DNA of 64,000 nt from an uncultured Lachnospiraceae bacterium (GTDB lineage Bacteria; Bacillota; Clostridia; Lachnospirales; Lachnospiraceae): the NCBI GenBank assembly GCA_945868305.1, contig CAMBKU010000002.1, positions 6,752-70,751 of the forward strand, read 5' to 3'. The notes below the pieces were generated by a model. The model was not told the DNA's origin, searched no databases, and saw only the letters and a program-made list of their open reading frames with translations. Position numbers and translations under genes: made by a program. Below are positions 10,286 to 19,312 of this stretch, in pieces (the stretch's first letter is position 1; each line of letters opens with the position of its first letter).

Positions 10286-10702
10286 CTACATTTTTACGGT
10301 ATTTAAAATATCCTTCATTTCATCCTCGGAAAATTCTTCATGTGTCCATTGGAGGATATCATCATTTTTTGCCCCCTTGTAACGCGGAACCACATGCACA
10401 TGAAAATGGAATACGGTCTGCCCTGCTGTTTCTTCGTTGTTCTGCAAAATGTTTACACCATCGCAGTGCAGTACTTCTTTCATATGAATTGCCAGCTTCT
10501 TTGCCAGTTTCATTGCCTTTCCAGCAATCTCCTCATCAATCTCATAGAGGTTTGCATAATGCTCCTTCGGCAGAATCAGAGAATGTCCCTTTGTTGCCGG
10601 ACTGGCATCCAAAATCACACGGAAATCCTCATCCTCATATACCGTATTGGTAGGAATCTCCCCGTTTGCAAGTTTACAAAAAATACAGTTTTCATCCTTC
10701 AT
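10286..10702 (-). CDS. HIT-family nucleotide hydrolase
   Basis: CIFC zinc motif, GQTVFHFHVHVVPR histidine triad. Confidence 0.92.
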   Translation of the reverse strand: MKDENCIFCKLANGEIPTNTVYEDEDFRVILDASPATKGHSLILPKEHYANLYEIDEEIAGKAMKLAKKLAIHMKEVLHCDGVNILQNNEETAGQTVFHFHVHVVPRYKGAKNDDILQWTHEEFSEDEMKDILNTVKM

Positions 10703-10821
10703 TATCTTATTTCTCCTTTTCTTTGTCGATTTTTATTGATTTTTTCTCATTGAATTTCCTTTGGACTAATGATAAACTTAACTTTATTTCAAATGTTATG
10801 ATATTGGCTGGAGGTCAAAAT

Positions 10822-11490
10822 ATGCTGACAACACTCGACTATATGAATATTTTTCATGAAACCAAAAATTCCATTACACTAATCAACAGCTCGCTTCAGC
10901 TCATTGCCAAAAACCACCCGGAAGTAACCGGTTACGAATTCTGGGACGAGACCGTACAAGAGCTTTCTTATTTAAAAGAACTTATCGCAGAACTGTCACA
11001 AAGCCGGGCCGGTTACCCTTTAAATCTCTGTCCCGTAGATATCTATGCTTTTACCAGTGAAATCCTTGATTCCATCCGAAGTCTTTCCGAGAATCAGAAT
11101 TTTTCCTGTAAAACAAACATCGAAGAAAATCTTCCTTCCGTTTTCATTGACTCTCTACGCATTAAACAGGCGCTAATCAATCTCTTGAAAAACGCTTATG
11201 AAGCTATGGACAGAACCGGCACCGTTCAACTTAACATTTACCGAAAAGACGACTTTCTGCAAATGGATATCATTGATTTCGGAGGCGGCATCCCTGATAA
11301 TATCAAGGATACCCTCTTTGACATTTTTGCGACCTCCAAGGAGTACGGCACCGGACTTGGGCTTCCCATCACGCGCCAGATTATCGAAGAACATTCCGGC
11401 AAACTGCTCTATGAATCCCGTCCGGGAGATGGCTGTACCTTTTCCATCCTGCTTCCTTTGGACCCGAGCACCCGTTCTACTCAAAAATAA
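10822..11490 (+). CDS. Orphan soluble histidine kinase (HisKA + HATPase_c only)
   Basis: Start at ATG 10822 after GGAGG. H-box FHETKNSIT, N-box NLLKNAYEA, G1 DFGGGI, G2 GTGLGL; no TM. Confidence 0.85.
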   Translation: MLTTLDYMNIFHETKNSITLINSSLQLIAKNHPEVTGYEFWDETVQELSYLKELIAELSQSRAGYPLNLCPVDIYAFTSEILDSIRSLSENQNFSCKTNIEENLPSVFIDSLRIKQALINLLKNAYEAMDRTGTVQLNIYRKDDFLQMDIIDFGGGIPDNIKDTLFDIFATSKEYGTGLGLPITRQIIEEHSGKLLYESRPGDGCTFSILLPLDPSTRSTQK

Positions 11491-12484
11491 AAATTTCATC
11501 CAGCATACGCAGCACCTTAAAATTCCCTTTTGCTGTCATATCGCCCGTCATAAAAGCTCCCTGGAACGTAGAACGTCCCGCGATAATATTTTCCATCACA
11601 GATGCTGTCATTCTCGCTGAAACATCCGCTTCTTCCAGGTCTGCTTCTTCCTGCGTTTCATAATCGCAAAGCAATTCTCCATCCTGTATTTTTACCACAA
11701 GCGGCTGCTTTTTTCCTTCAATGCGGAACTGATAGACCGCATCAAAATCTTCCTTTTTTACATAATGAGATTCCAAATCTATAATATAATCCCTGTTATC
11801 TTCCTGTCCCGATTGTCCTAACATATCCTTAAACATGGAAGCCAATTCTTCAATATCCTCTTTTTGCTTCTTGACATAAGTATCATCCGCCACATATTTG
11901 GATAACTGTTCGGTCTCCTGAGGCGTCAGTTCCATCTGCTGCGTCCGAAGCACAGAACGTGTCACCGCCTGATTGCTGGTCGGCAGCCCTTTTACCTTCT
12001 GGGAAATTGTTCGATACAGGTTTTCCGCTTTCTTCTCAATAATAGAGGAATATTCCTCATTCATTTCAAAAGAAACCAGATCCTCCACGTAAGCACAGAT
12101 TCCGTTACACGGAAGTCCTCCTAAAATATCCCATGCATTTGCAAGCGTGATCTCCGCTTCTCTTTCTCCATAAGTGGTTGACATAACTACAGGCTGCATA
12201 TACATATTCTGCAACTTTTCCTTATCTCCGTAGAGCCAGCATGCATCCAGAAACTGCTGCATATAACCACCAATTCCAAGCCACTCTACTGTGGTCGCAA
12301 GAATAATCCCGTCTGCATCCTTTAATGTCTGCGGCAGCGTAGAAATACTGTTCTTATATTCATGAATATCATAACGATCTACCGTCACCCGCAGCTCCTG
12401 CAGCACTTCCTGCATCTTATTTATCACATAAAGCGTCGGATCATCAAGCAATCCTCTTCCGCCATAGTAAATATTAATCTTCAT
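11477..12484 (-). CDS. Flavodoxin-like/FMN-reductase-fold domain fused to C-terminal SCP2 lipid-binding domain
   Basis: N-terminal DADGIILATTVEW..GGYMQQFLD; C-terminal AFMTGDMTAKGNFKVL typical of SCP2; start at 12484 after AGAGGA. Confidence 0.7.
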   Translation of the reverse strand: MKINIYYGGRGLLDDPTLYVINKMQEVLQELRVTVDRYDIHEYKNSISTLPQTLKDADGIILATTVEWLGIGGYMQQFLDACWLYGDKEKLQNMYMQPVVMSTTYGEREAEITLANAWDILGGLPCNGICAYVEDLVSFEMNEEYSSIIEKKAENLYRTISQKVKGLPTSNQAVTRSVLRTQQMELTPQETEQLSKYVADDTYVKKQKEDIEELASMFKDMLGQSGQEDNRDYIIDLESHYVKKEDFDAVYQFRIEGKKQPLVVKIQDGELLCDYETQEEADLEEADVSARMTASVMENIIAGRSTFQGAFMTGDMTAKGNFKVLRMLDEIFIFE

Positions 12485-12549
12485 CTCTTGTCCTCTTTCC
12501 TGCATATTAAAAACATATATAACCAGTATATAAATTTTTCAATGTAAAA

Positions 12550-13617
12550 TCAATCTTTTCTCCATTTCCTTCGATAAAGAAATACAGCAAGGATAAATCC
12601 GGTCAAAAGTCCTCCGACATGACACAGATTATCCACTCCTACCGTAGTAAATCCATAATACAGGCATAGCGCAATCATAATGACCAGTCCTCTGGTCGTT
12701 AATGTATCTATTTTTCCACGATTTCGGATTACAACCCAAAGCAACGCTCCAATCACACCAAAAATAGCCCCAGACGCGCCCGCAGAGACCGCCATATCTC
12801 CCGTTTTTAACATATAGGTCATAGACAACAAACCGCCACCCAAACCGGATAACAAATAAATAAGCAGGTATTTTATTTTCCCTATCTCTTTTTCCAACTT
12901 ATCTCCAATAAAAAACAGTACAAACATATTATTGAAAAGATGCAAAAAACCAATATGAATAAACATACTGGTAAACAGCCGATACCACTCATGAAGCGAA
13001 ATTACAAGAAGCGGATACATTGCCCCATGCTCCATCAGATATTGCCCGTCCTGTGTATTTCCAAACAACTCCATGATTATCCAGGCTATCACATTTATGC
13101 AGACAATAACCGTATTTACCCAGGATGCCTGTTTCCAGTTTATCTTGTAAGACTTACGCCTCTGCATTTTTTCCTCTCCGGCTTTTTTATCGGAAAGCAC
13201 CTGTATTTTCCTGTTCAATCCATAGAATTCCCCAGGCTGGTTTTCATAAATGATAAGCCTTCCCGTCCTCTCCTCCAAAAGCCAGATTCCACACATTTCA
13301 TTACAGAGAATGCGGTACTTCTCCACATTTGCCGTGATTGCGAGACACAGAATCTCAACCTGGTAAACAGGCATTTCCTCTGTAATTCCGGGTACTTTTC
13401 CATGTGAAAGAAAAAACAGTTCCCGGATATGATCCTTCATACTGGCACAGACCGCTGCATTCATCTGAAATGTGTCGTGATCCAAAATTCCAAGAACAAC
13501 CTGTACCGTTCCGTCCTGATATTTATAATAAACGCCCGCTTCCTCCGGCTGGACTTTTAAAAAGCGGTATCCATCTGCTTTTAGCATCCGATCAATTTCT
13601 GCTATCAAAAAATGCAC
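12550..13617 (-). CDS. Rhomboid intramembrane serine protease with N-terminal soluble domain (GluP-like)
   Basis: EWYRLFTSMFIH..HLFNN, GASGAIFG catalytic Ser, HVGGLLTG catalytic His. Confidence 0.9.
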   Translation of the reverse strand: MHFLIAEIDRMLKADGYRFLKVQPEEAGVYYKYQDGTVQVVLGILDHDTFQMNAAVCASMKDHIRELFFLSHGKVPGITEEMPVYQVEILCLAITANVEKYRILCNEMCGIWLLEERTGRLIIYENQPGEFYGLNRKIQVLSDKKAGEEKMQRRKSYKINWKQASWVNTVIVCINVIAWIIMELFGNTQDGQYLMEHGAMYPLLVISLHEWYRLFTSMFIHIGFLHLFNNMFVLFFIGDKLEKEIGKIKYLLIYLLSGLGGGLLSMTYMLKTGDMAVSAGASGAIFGVIGALLWVVIRNRGKIDTLTTRGLVIMIALCLYYGFTTVGVDNLCHVGGLLTGFILAVFLYRRKWRKD

Positions 13618-13639
13618 CTCTTTTTCTTTAATAACAGAA

Positions 13640-13668
13640 ACAATAACACTTCTATTTTTTCATGTCAA
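13640..13668 (-). promoter_or_regulatory. Probable sigmaA promoter for rhomboid gene
   Basis: TTGACA-N17-TATTGT with extended TG. Confidence 0.5.
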
Positions 13669-14792
13669 CTGAAAATATATTCTTCGTCTGCAAAGCGAAT
13701 CCTCGCATTTTTTTGAAGCGGTCGCCGCTCTTTATAATTCAGCAGCTCTCCATCCAACCATGTACCGTTTTTGCTGTTTAAATCTTCTATAAAATACCCT
13801 CCGTCTTCCTGTCTGATTCTTGCATGAATACGACTTACCGCCGCAGATTTTAGCTGCCCATTTACACTCCCCTCCTTCGTTCCAATCAAAAATTCATCTG
13901 TTTGTATCAAAAAATCATCTTCTTCATTTCTTCCATTATAATTTAGTTTTCCTATAATCCCTGTAACGTCAGAAAGCAATACCGTCGGATTATCCGATAT
14001 TGGTTCTTCTTCCTCCGGTTCAAAGGAAATGTGCATCGAGGCGCCACTGTCTTTCCTGTTTTTCGCTGTTTTTCTCCACTTTTCCGGTGTAAATGGCTCT
14101 TTTAACTTCTGAAACAACATGGTAAAGTTTTTTGCTTCCTTCCCACTTTCCATTTTGATACAGGAAGTAATTTTTTCCACCGTCCCTTCGTTTGCGCTCC
14201 ATTCTTCCTTCTGCCATTCACTTTCCTTTTCTCTTTGTTCTTTTACCAAAGAACCTGCATCTTTTTGCGTAAAAACTTTTTTTACCTCGGCAAAATCATA
14301 ATTTTCCTGCAATACAATTTCATATACCGCATAAACAGCCTCTACCGCCTGTTTATCCCTATGATTTACTTTCGGCATAATCTCCTCTATAAAATTTCGA
14401 AACTGCTCCATAGAATTTCTCTCCTGCCCTTGCAGGTAACAGAAAAAAATCTCTCCTGTCTCCGGTCGAATTGCGATTTTGTCCGGGCAAAGACAAACAT
14501 AATCTTCCACCAGCAGATATTGCTCTGTCATCTGAAAACACATCTCAATCTGTGCAATCATTTTTTCCAGCAACCCATAATCCACCTGACACTGTTCCAG
14601 ATAGGCATCAAGCATCTGAAGACCGTTTATTTCATACCAATACTGTAACCCTCCATCCGCTGCAATAATTTGAAACGGAAGGAAACAAGAAATCCGGTTT
14701 CTTTTTAACATTTCCATATCATATCCAGCATAGCAGTCGTTTTTTATCACCATATAACTTTGCAGAACATCTCTTTTAAAAAATACCTCCAT
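13665..14792 (-). CDS. DUF6382-like domain plus C-terminal FHA domain protein (last gene of tad operon)
   Basis: FHA motifs FLIG, VSRIHA, DLNSKNGT, IRFAD; N-terminal domain name from recall. Confidence 0.8.
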   Translation of the reverse strand: MEVFFKRDVLQSYMVIKNDCYAGYDMEMLKRNRISCFLPFQIIAADGGLQYWYEINGLQMLDAYLEQCQVDYGLLEKMIAQIEMCFQMTEQYLLVEDYVCLCPDKIAIRPETGEIFFCYLQGQERNSMEQFRNFIEEIMPKVNHRDKQAVEAVYAVYEIVLQENYDFAEVKKVFTQKDAGSLVKEQREKESEWQKEEWSANEGTVEKITSCIKMESGKEAKNFTMLFQKLKEPFTPEKWRKTAKNRKDSGASMHISFEPEEEEPISDNPTVLLSDVTGIIGKLNYNGRNEEDDFLIQTDEFLIGTKEGSVNGQLKSAAVSRIHARIRQEDGGYFIEDLNSKNGTWLDGELLNYKERRPLQKNARIRFADEEYIFS

Positions 14793-14794
14793 AT

Positions 14795-15013
14795 TTATTC
14801 CTCCATCATTTTTTCTATCCTCTTTATTTCCTTTATCTCACTGACCGCATCAAATTGCTGCACCTTTTCATAATGGCAGGATGCCTCTTTTACCTCTGTA
14901 TGAAGCTCTACACCAACCCTTACTGCAAGAAGAATGAGAAACAATGCTAACGCCAGTATGATTGTCGCTTCCACCGTATAACTCGCTTTTGCTTTTCCTG
15001 TCATCCACATCAT
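14795..15013 (-). CDS. Small TadE-like minor pilin
   Basis: KAKA|SYTVEATIILAL prepilin-type site with Glu+5 and hydrophobic helix. Confidence 0.7.
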   Translation of the reverse strand: MMWMTGKAKASYTVEATIILALALFLILLAVRVGVELHTEVKEASCHYEKVQQFDAVSEIKEIKRIEKMMEE

Positions 15014-15423
15014 ACCAGCATCCCCACATAAGAAATCAATAGAAAAGGAATAAACGGAATTTCATACTCTTTTTTCTTTCGGAAAAATACCCAAAGAATA
15101 AGCGCCCAGACTCCTGCCAACAAAAGTCCATTCAAAAACAACTCCAGATTTCTTTCAAGCCCCAGCAAAATTCCCGTATCCATCAAAATCAGTCCATCTC
15201 CACTTCCAATGCTTCCTTTAAAAACTTTTCCCAGAAGAAGGAGAACAAGCCCTATCGACATTCCCGCCAAAAGATTATAAATTCCGATTTTTTCACGGAA
15301 TATATGTAAAAACACTCCTGCAATTCCTACCAGAAATATTTTATATACCCCAATCTCCCTTTTCCTTATATCTTCCACAGAACACACACCGAGTAATCCC
15401 AGCGCTACACATGATTCAATCAT
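15010..15423 (-). CDS. A24 prepilin peptidase (second copy)
   Basis: SVEDIRKREI and IGSGDG catalytic Asp motifs; IPFIPFL. Confidence 0.85.
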   Translation of the reverse strand: MIESCVALGLLGVCSVEDIRKREIGVYKIFLVGIAGVFLHIFREKIGIYNLLAGMSIGLVLLLLGKVFKGSIGSGDGLILMDTGILLGLERNLELFLNGLLLAGVWALILWVFFRKKKEYEIPFIPFLLISYVGMLV

Positions 15424-15435
15424 TCTTTTCCTCCG

Positions 15436-16272
15436 TTAATCTCCCGCGCATTTTGAGCATGCACCATATCCATGTACTTCCGAAAGCCGTATCAGATAAA
15501 CCGTCCTTTTTAGACCGCTGCAAGAAAGACTGGAATGATAGCAACTTCCATAATCTGTAATATAAACTGCTCCTTCCTCTTTTCCACACAGTTCGCACTG
15601 TCTATAACGTTCACCTGATGCATTCCGTAATGCAGTAAGCTCCCTTCGGCTTACACTCTGTATGCTGAGATCCAGATACGCACAGTCCATACTGTTATGA
15701 TATACACGACCGGTTGGTGTCACATAGACAAAACGGTCGTTGCCCGACACATCCGTCTCTCCATTATAGCCCGTCCATTTTCTGGTCTTCACCGACTGCG
15801 CAATTGATACTTCCCTGTTTCCGAAAAAACCTATGGGAAGCGGCACATCATAATTTACATACAATTCGATATAATTTCCTAAAAAAGACGACTGCACGCC
15901 ATCCAAATACACGCTGCCGCAGCTTGTATACTGAACGGGACAATCTGCATCCTTTAACGCCTGCTTAAATATAATCTCCGCCGACGCCAAATCCAACAGC
16001 ATTTCGTCCCCTTGTTTTTCATATGCGCATACTGCCATTTTCCGCCCGGTATATTGCAAAGCCTCCTCCACACTCTGTTCCACTTGAAGGACTCTGAAAA
16101 AAAACAGGATACTGACAAAAAAACCGGCAAACAATGGTAGCACAATGGCTGCTTCAATCGTAAACGACCCTTTTTTGCAGATGCAGAAGGGTGCCTCTTT
16201 GCCAATGAGAGAGAGTTTTCTTATTTTTTTATTGAAATGTTTGAGACATAGAGGTAATAGATAAAGAGACAC
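15436..16272 (-). CDS. TadE-family minor pilin with two C-terminal His/Cys zinc-finger repeats
   Basis: KKG|SFTIEAAIVLP; YHxxxxC...CELC and YHxxxxC...CSKC. Confidence 0.85.
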   Translation of the reverse strand: MSLYLLPLCLKHFNKKIRKLSLIGKEAPFCICKKGSFTIEAAIVLPLFAGFFVSILFFFRVLQVEQSVEEALQYTGRKMAVCAYEKQGDEMLLDLASAEIIFKQALKDADCPVQYTSCGSVYLDGVQSSFLGNYIELYVNYDVPLPIGFFGNREVSIAQSVKTRKWTGYNGETDVSGNDRFVYVTPTGRVYHNSMDCAYLDLSIQSVSRRELTALRNASGERYRQCELCGKEEGAVYITDYGSCYHSSLSCSGLKRTVYLIRLSEVHGYGACSKCAGD

Positions 16273-16290
16273 CCTTCTGCACCTGCCTTT

Positions 16291-17808
16291 CTAACGCGAA
16301 TTCAAATAGGAAATTTCTTTTTCCTGTGTAAACTGATATGCTTCATCACTCACATCTCCAATGGTAACCAACCGAAAAAACAACGGCGATGCTTCATAAG
16401 AAACCGTCAGCTTCATTTTCTGTGTCATGGAATCCATACAAATATTCGGATTTCCTGACCATATTCGGATATTTTTTTCCATGACATTCATGGCTCTGTA
16501 GTTTAACTGCTCCTGATTTTGAAAATAGAGCATTTTCTGAAGATAATCCTGATACGAAAATCCATCTTCCCGTTCTCTTGCTCTTATGTTTCCTCCAAAG
16601 GCTTCCGAGATATGATCAAGACTTGTCTCCCAGTCTTCGCTTGTTTTTATCAGTGGCAATTTGCCACCTCCAAGCAGTGTACGTATATCCACAATGCTCT
16701 CCGCATAAGCCCATGCCACAAGAATACCTGACTTTGCCAATTCTATAATTGCCGGGTTCTCGGTGAAACCTACCAATGCTGTTGCCACTGTCAGAGCCTC
16801 ATTCATTTTTACCGCATCCCCGAAAAGAGATAGCAGATTGGCCGCCATACGCACCGCCAGAATCCGATACACTGCACTTTCAAGATTTTCCTGATCAGAT
16901 GCTTTTCCTGCCAACAAATATTCTAATTCATAATCTAATACGCCATCTTGTCCCGGTGCAGTATAGCATCCGAAATATTTCTGCAGATACTTTTGGTATA
17001 CGATTCTTTCATAAAACCCTTTGGCATAATAACCACTGCTATTCCCACACTGTTTTTGTCTGTTTTCCACAGAATCCGACAAATTTATGGCTTTTACCGA
17101 CAACTGACCGGGATTTTCCACAACCTGCGTTAAAATTCCCGACGTCTTTTGCTCTTTTACAATTTCCACCGGATTTTCTACTTCTTCCAAAGGCTGTACC
17201 TCTTCTCCCTGTTCCATACGCTGTCTGTTTTCCTCAGCTTTACGTTCCCGTTCTGTCCGAATCATCACCTCCGCTTCTTCCATTTTTCCTTCCGGGTTAT
17301 CTGCAGTCTCCTCCACTTCTTTTGTATTAGAAATTTTTTCATAAATCTTTTGCGCTGCCTGATATGTAATCTCATTTTTCATGGATTCCACTGCCTGGGA
17401 AAAAAACGCTGCTCCACCATCATCCGTTGCCAACTCATATTCCTCTACTACACACTGTGTCACATTCATTCGATACATATCCGCTCGTATTCCTGGAAGA
17501 CCGCTTCCCTTAGGATTTAAATTCTCCTGATTTAAAATAAGAATTCGCTCCTTTAACCTCGTTAAATCAATTCTTTGCTCTCCATACCCTAAATCCAGAT
17601 AAAGCAAATCATAACGCTCCCAAAGCTCAGGTTGATATTCCGCAAAAACCGACTCTGCCGAAAGCATAGCATTCATGTCCGCTTTTGTCTTAAGACCTGG
17701 AACCCTTGCAGACTCTAGCATTGTAAATAGCAAAGAAGCCACCAGCAGCATGACCAGTGAAACAAAAATGGTCACACTGCCTTTTTCTTTTCCGTACTCT
17801 TTTTTCAT
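16291..17808 (-). CDS. Large pilin-like protein (DUF5702-like, TadG/tip-type)
   Basis: EKG|SVTIFVSLVML N-terminus lacking Glu+5; YELEYLLAGK.SD.ENL; family name from recall. Confidence 0.75.
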   Translation of the reverse strand: MKKEYGKEKGSVTIFVSLVMLLVASLLFTMLESARVPGLKTKADMNAMLSAESVFAEYQPELWERYDLLYLDLGYGEQRIDLTRLKERILILNQENLNPKGSGLPGIRADMYRMNVTQCVVEEYELATDDGGAAFFSQAVESMKNEITYQAAQKIYEKISNTKEVEETADNPEGKMEEAEVMIRTERERKAEENRQRMEQGEEVQPLEEVENPVEIVKEQKTSGILTQVVENPGQLSVKAINLSDSVENRQKQCGNSSGYYAKGFYERIVYQKYLQKYFGCYTAPGQDGVLDYELEYLLAGKASDQENLESAVYRILAVRMAANLLSLFGDAVKMNEALTVATALVGFTENPAIIELAKSGILVAWAYAESIVDIRTLLGGGKLPLIKTSEDWETSLDHISEAFGGNIRAREREDGFSYQDYLQKMLYFQNQEQLNYRAMNVMEKNIRIWSGNPNICMDSMTQKMKLTVSYEASPLFFRLVTIGDVSDEAYQFTQEKEISYLNSR

Positions 17809-17972
17809 ACTTTTTTCGACTCAGTGGTAATGGTTTTAAAGATATTGTTTACTAATGTCGTAAGCTGTTCTTTAAATATCAGTACCAGACCAATCAGCAC
17901 GACAAGAATCAAAATCACTTCAACCACTCCTACTCCGTCTTCTTCTGCCAAAAACTCATTCCATCTTTTCAT
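17805..17972 (-). CDS. Flp1-family major pilin (55 aa; not in ORF track)
   Basis: AAGGAGG RBS; MKRWNEFLAEEDG|VGVVEVILILVVLIGLVLIFKEQLTTLVNNIFKTITTESKKV*; stop overlaps next ATG (ATGA). Confidence 0.9.
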   Translation of the reverse strand: MKRWNEFLAEEDGVGVVEVILILVVLIGLVLIFKEQLTTLVNNIFKTITTESKKV

Positions 17973-18004
17973 ATTGTTTCCTCCTTATTTCTTATCATTT
18001 TTAG

Positions 18005-19297
18005 TTATAACTGAAAGGACATGCATGCCGGAACTAAAATCACAGCCATAACAAGCGCCAGCATAATCATCATCGGCATCAGCAGCTTTGTCCCTGCTTC
18101 TTCCCCTGCCTTTTTTGCCAGTTCCTTACGAAGATGAAAGGCTTCATCTGCCTCATCTTCTAATAACTTTGTCAATTCTTTCTGTCCTTTTCTTACATTT
18201 TGCGTAATCAAAGACACCATCTTTCGATATTGTGTCAGACCACATCTTTCCCCAAAACGCAGATATGCATTTCGCTCCCCTATTCCGTCCTGCATCTCAT
18301 GATAAGCCACTAACATTTCCTCATAAACCGGGCTTTTCTTCACCTGCCCCTGCTCTGACTGGCGCTTATACGTCAATGCAATTTTTTCCCATGCAGATGC
18401 CATAGACATTCCCGCTCCCAAAAGCAGTGTTAATTTATTTACCATTTCAGGATAGGTAAACAACAATTCATTTTCCCGAAGTTCCTGCCTCTTTTTTTCA
18501 TTTTCTTTGTCCTTAAATGCCAGCGCAGTCGCCGCAATAACTCCTAAAAAGGCAAACGTAACCGCTGTCTTACTCTGCTTTTCTTTCCAGATAACCGTAT
18601 GTCCATCCACCGAATCCGGCAATGTATAATAGCTGCTGTAACTTGTTTCCTCATCTGCGGCTCTTATGGCAGAACTTAAATCTTCCCAAAACTGTTCTGT
18701 TTCCGAAAGCTGCGGCGGAAGAACTTTAAAATAAAATTCATAAATTTGTTCTGTCCCCTGACAGCTCATATGTAGCTTTGCCTGCACAAGTATGCCTTCC
18801 TGTGGTATATTTTCCTGTTGTATTTTTCCATCCGGCTGCATTACTTCATAATTATCAAAGTTCCATTCCGCCTGCACCAGCCCATCTTGAAGTGTTTCCG
18901 GCAAAACCACTGCTTCCCGTACTTCTTCCATAGACGGATTGCTGCCATGAAAAATCTGCTCTGCCTCTTTTACTGCCTCATCAAGTACCCTTTTTCTTTC
19001 TTCCTCTGTAAGCTGTCTCTCTGTAATCGATACAGTATAAGACTCACTCTGCTCAAGCTCCGGTATTTCTGCTTCTAGCGCCTCTGTCTTTTCCCCCTGC
19101 CCCGGCTCATTTCTTACAATCTGTTTTTCTTCATCTATTGCACTTTGCCTGTTCTCCGAAAGGTCAACTAAAATACCAAGCACTGCCGTAAGAAAAAGTA
19201 TCACAGGCACCATCCTTTTCTTTTTTAAAACTCCATGCTTTTTGGCAATAATCATCCATGTGATTGCTATCACTGCTTCTATCACACACAAAACCAT
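18005..19297 (-). CDS. TadC-like pilus platform protein (T2SSF domain) with extracellular insertion
   Basis: YPEMVNKLTLLLGAGMS, FGERCG, GEEAGTKLLMPM. Confidence 0.85.
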   Translation of the reverse strand: MVLCVIEAVIAITWMIIAKKHGVLKKKRMVPVILFLTAVLGILVDLSENRQSAIDEEKQIVRNEPGQGEKTEALEAEIPELEQSESYTVSITERQLTEEERKRVLDEAVKEAEQIFHGSNPSMEEVREAVVLPETLQDGLVQAEWNFDNYEVMQPDGKIQQENIPQEGILVQAKLHMSCQGTEQIYEFYFKVLPPQLSETEQFWEDLSSAIRAADEETSYSSYYTLPDSVDGHTVIWKEKQSKTAVTFAFLGVIAATALAFKDKENEKKRQELRENELLFTYPEMVNKLTLLLGAGMSMASAWEKIALTYKRQSEQGQVKKSPVYEEMLVAYHEMQDGIGERNAYLRFGERCGLTQYRKMVSLITQNVRKGQKELTKLLEDEADEAFHLRKELAKKAGEEAGTKLLMPMMIMLALVMAVILVPACMSFQL

Positions 19298-19312
19298 ACT
19301 CTTTTCTCCCTT

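Noticed and set aside
11477-13617. Rhomboid and SCP2 genes as members of the tad operon
   Set aside because: A separate TTGACA-N17-TATTGT promoter precedes the rhomboid gene; linkage cannot be supported from sequence alone.
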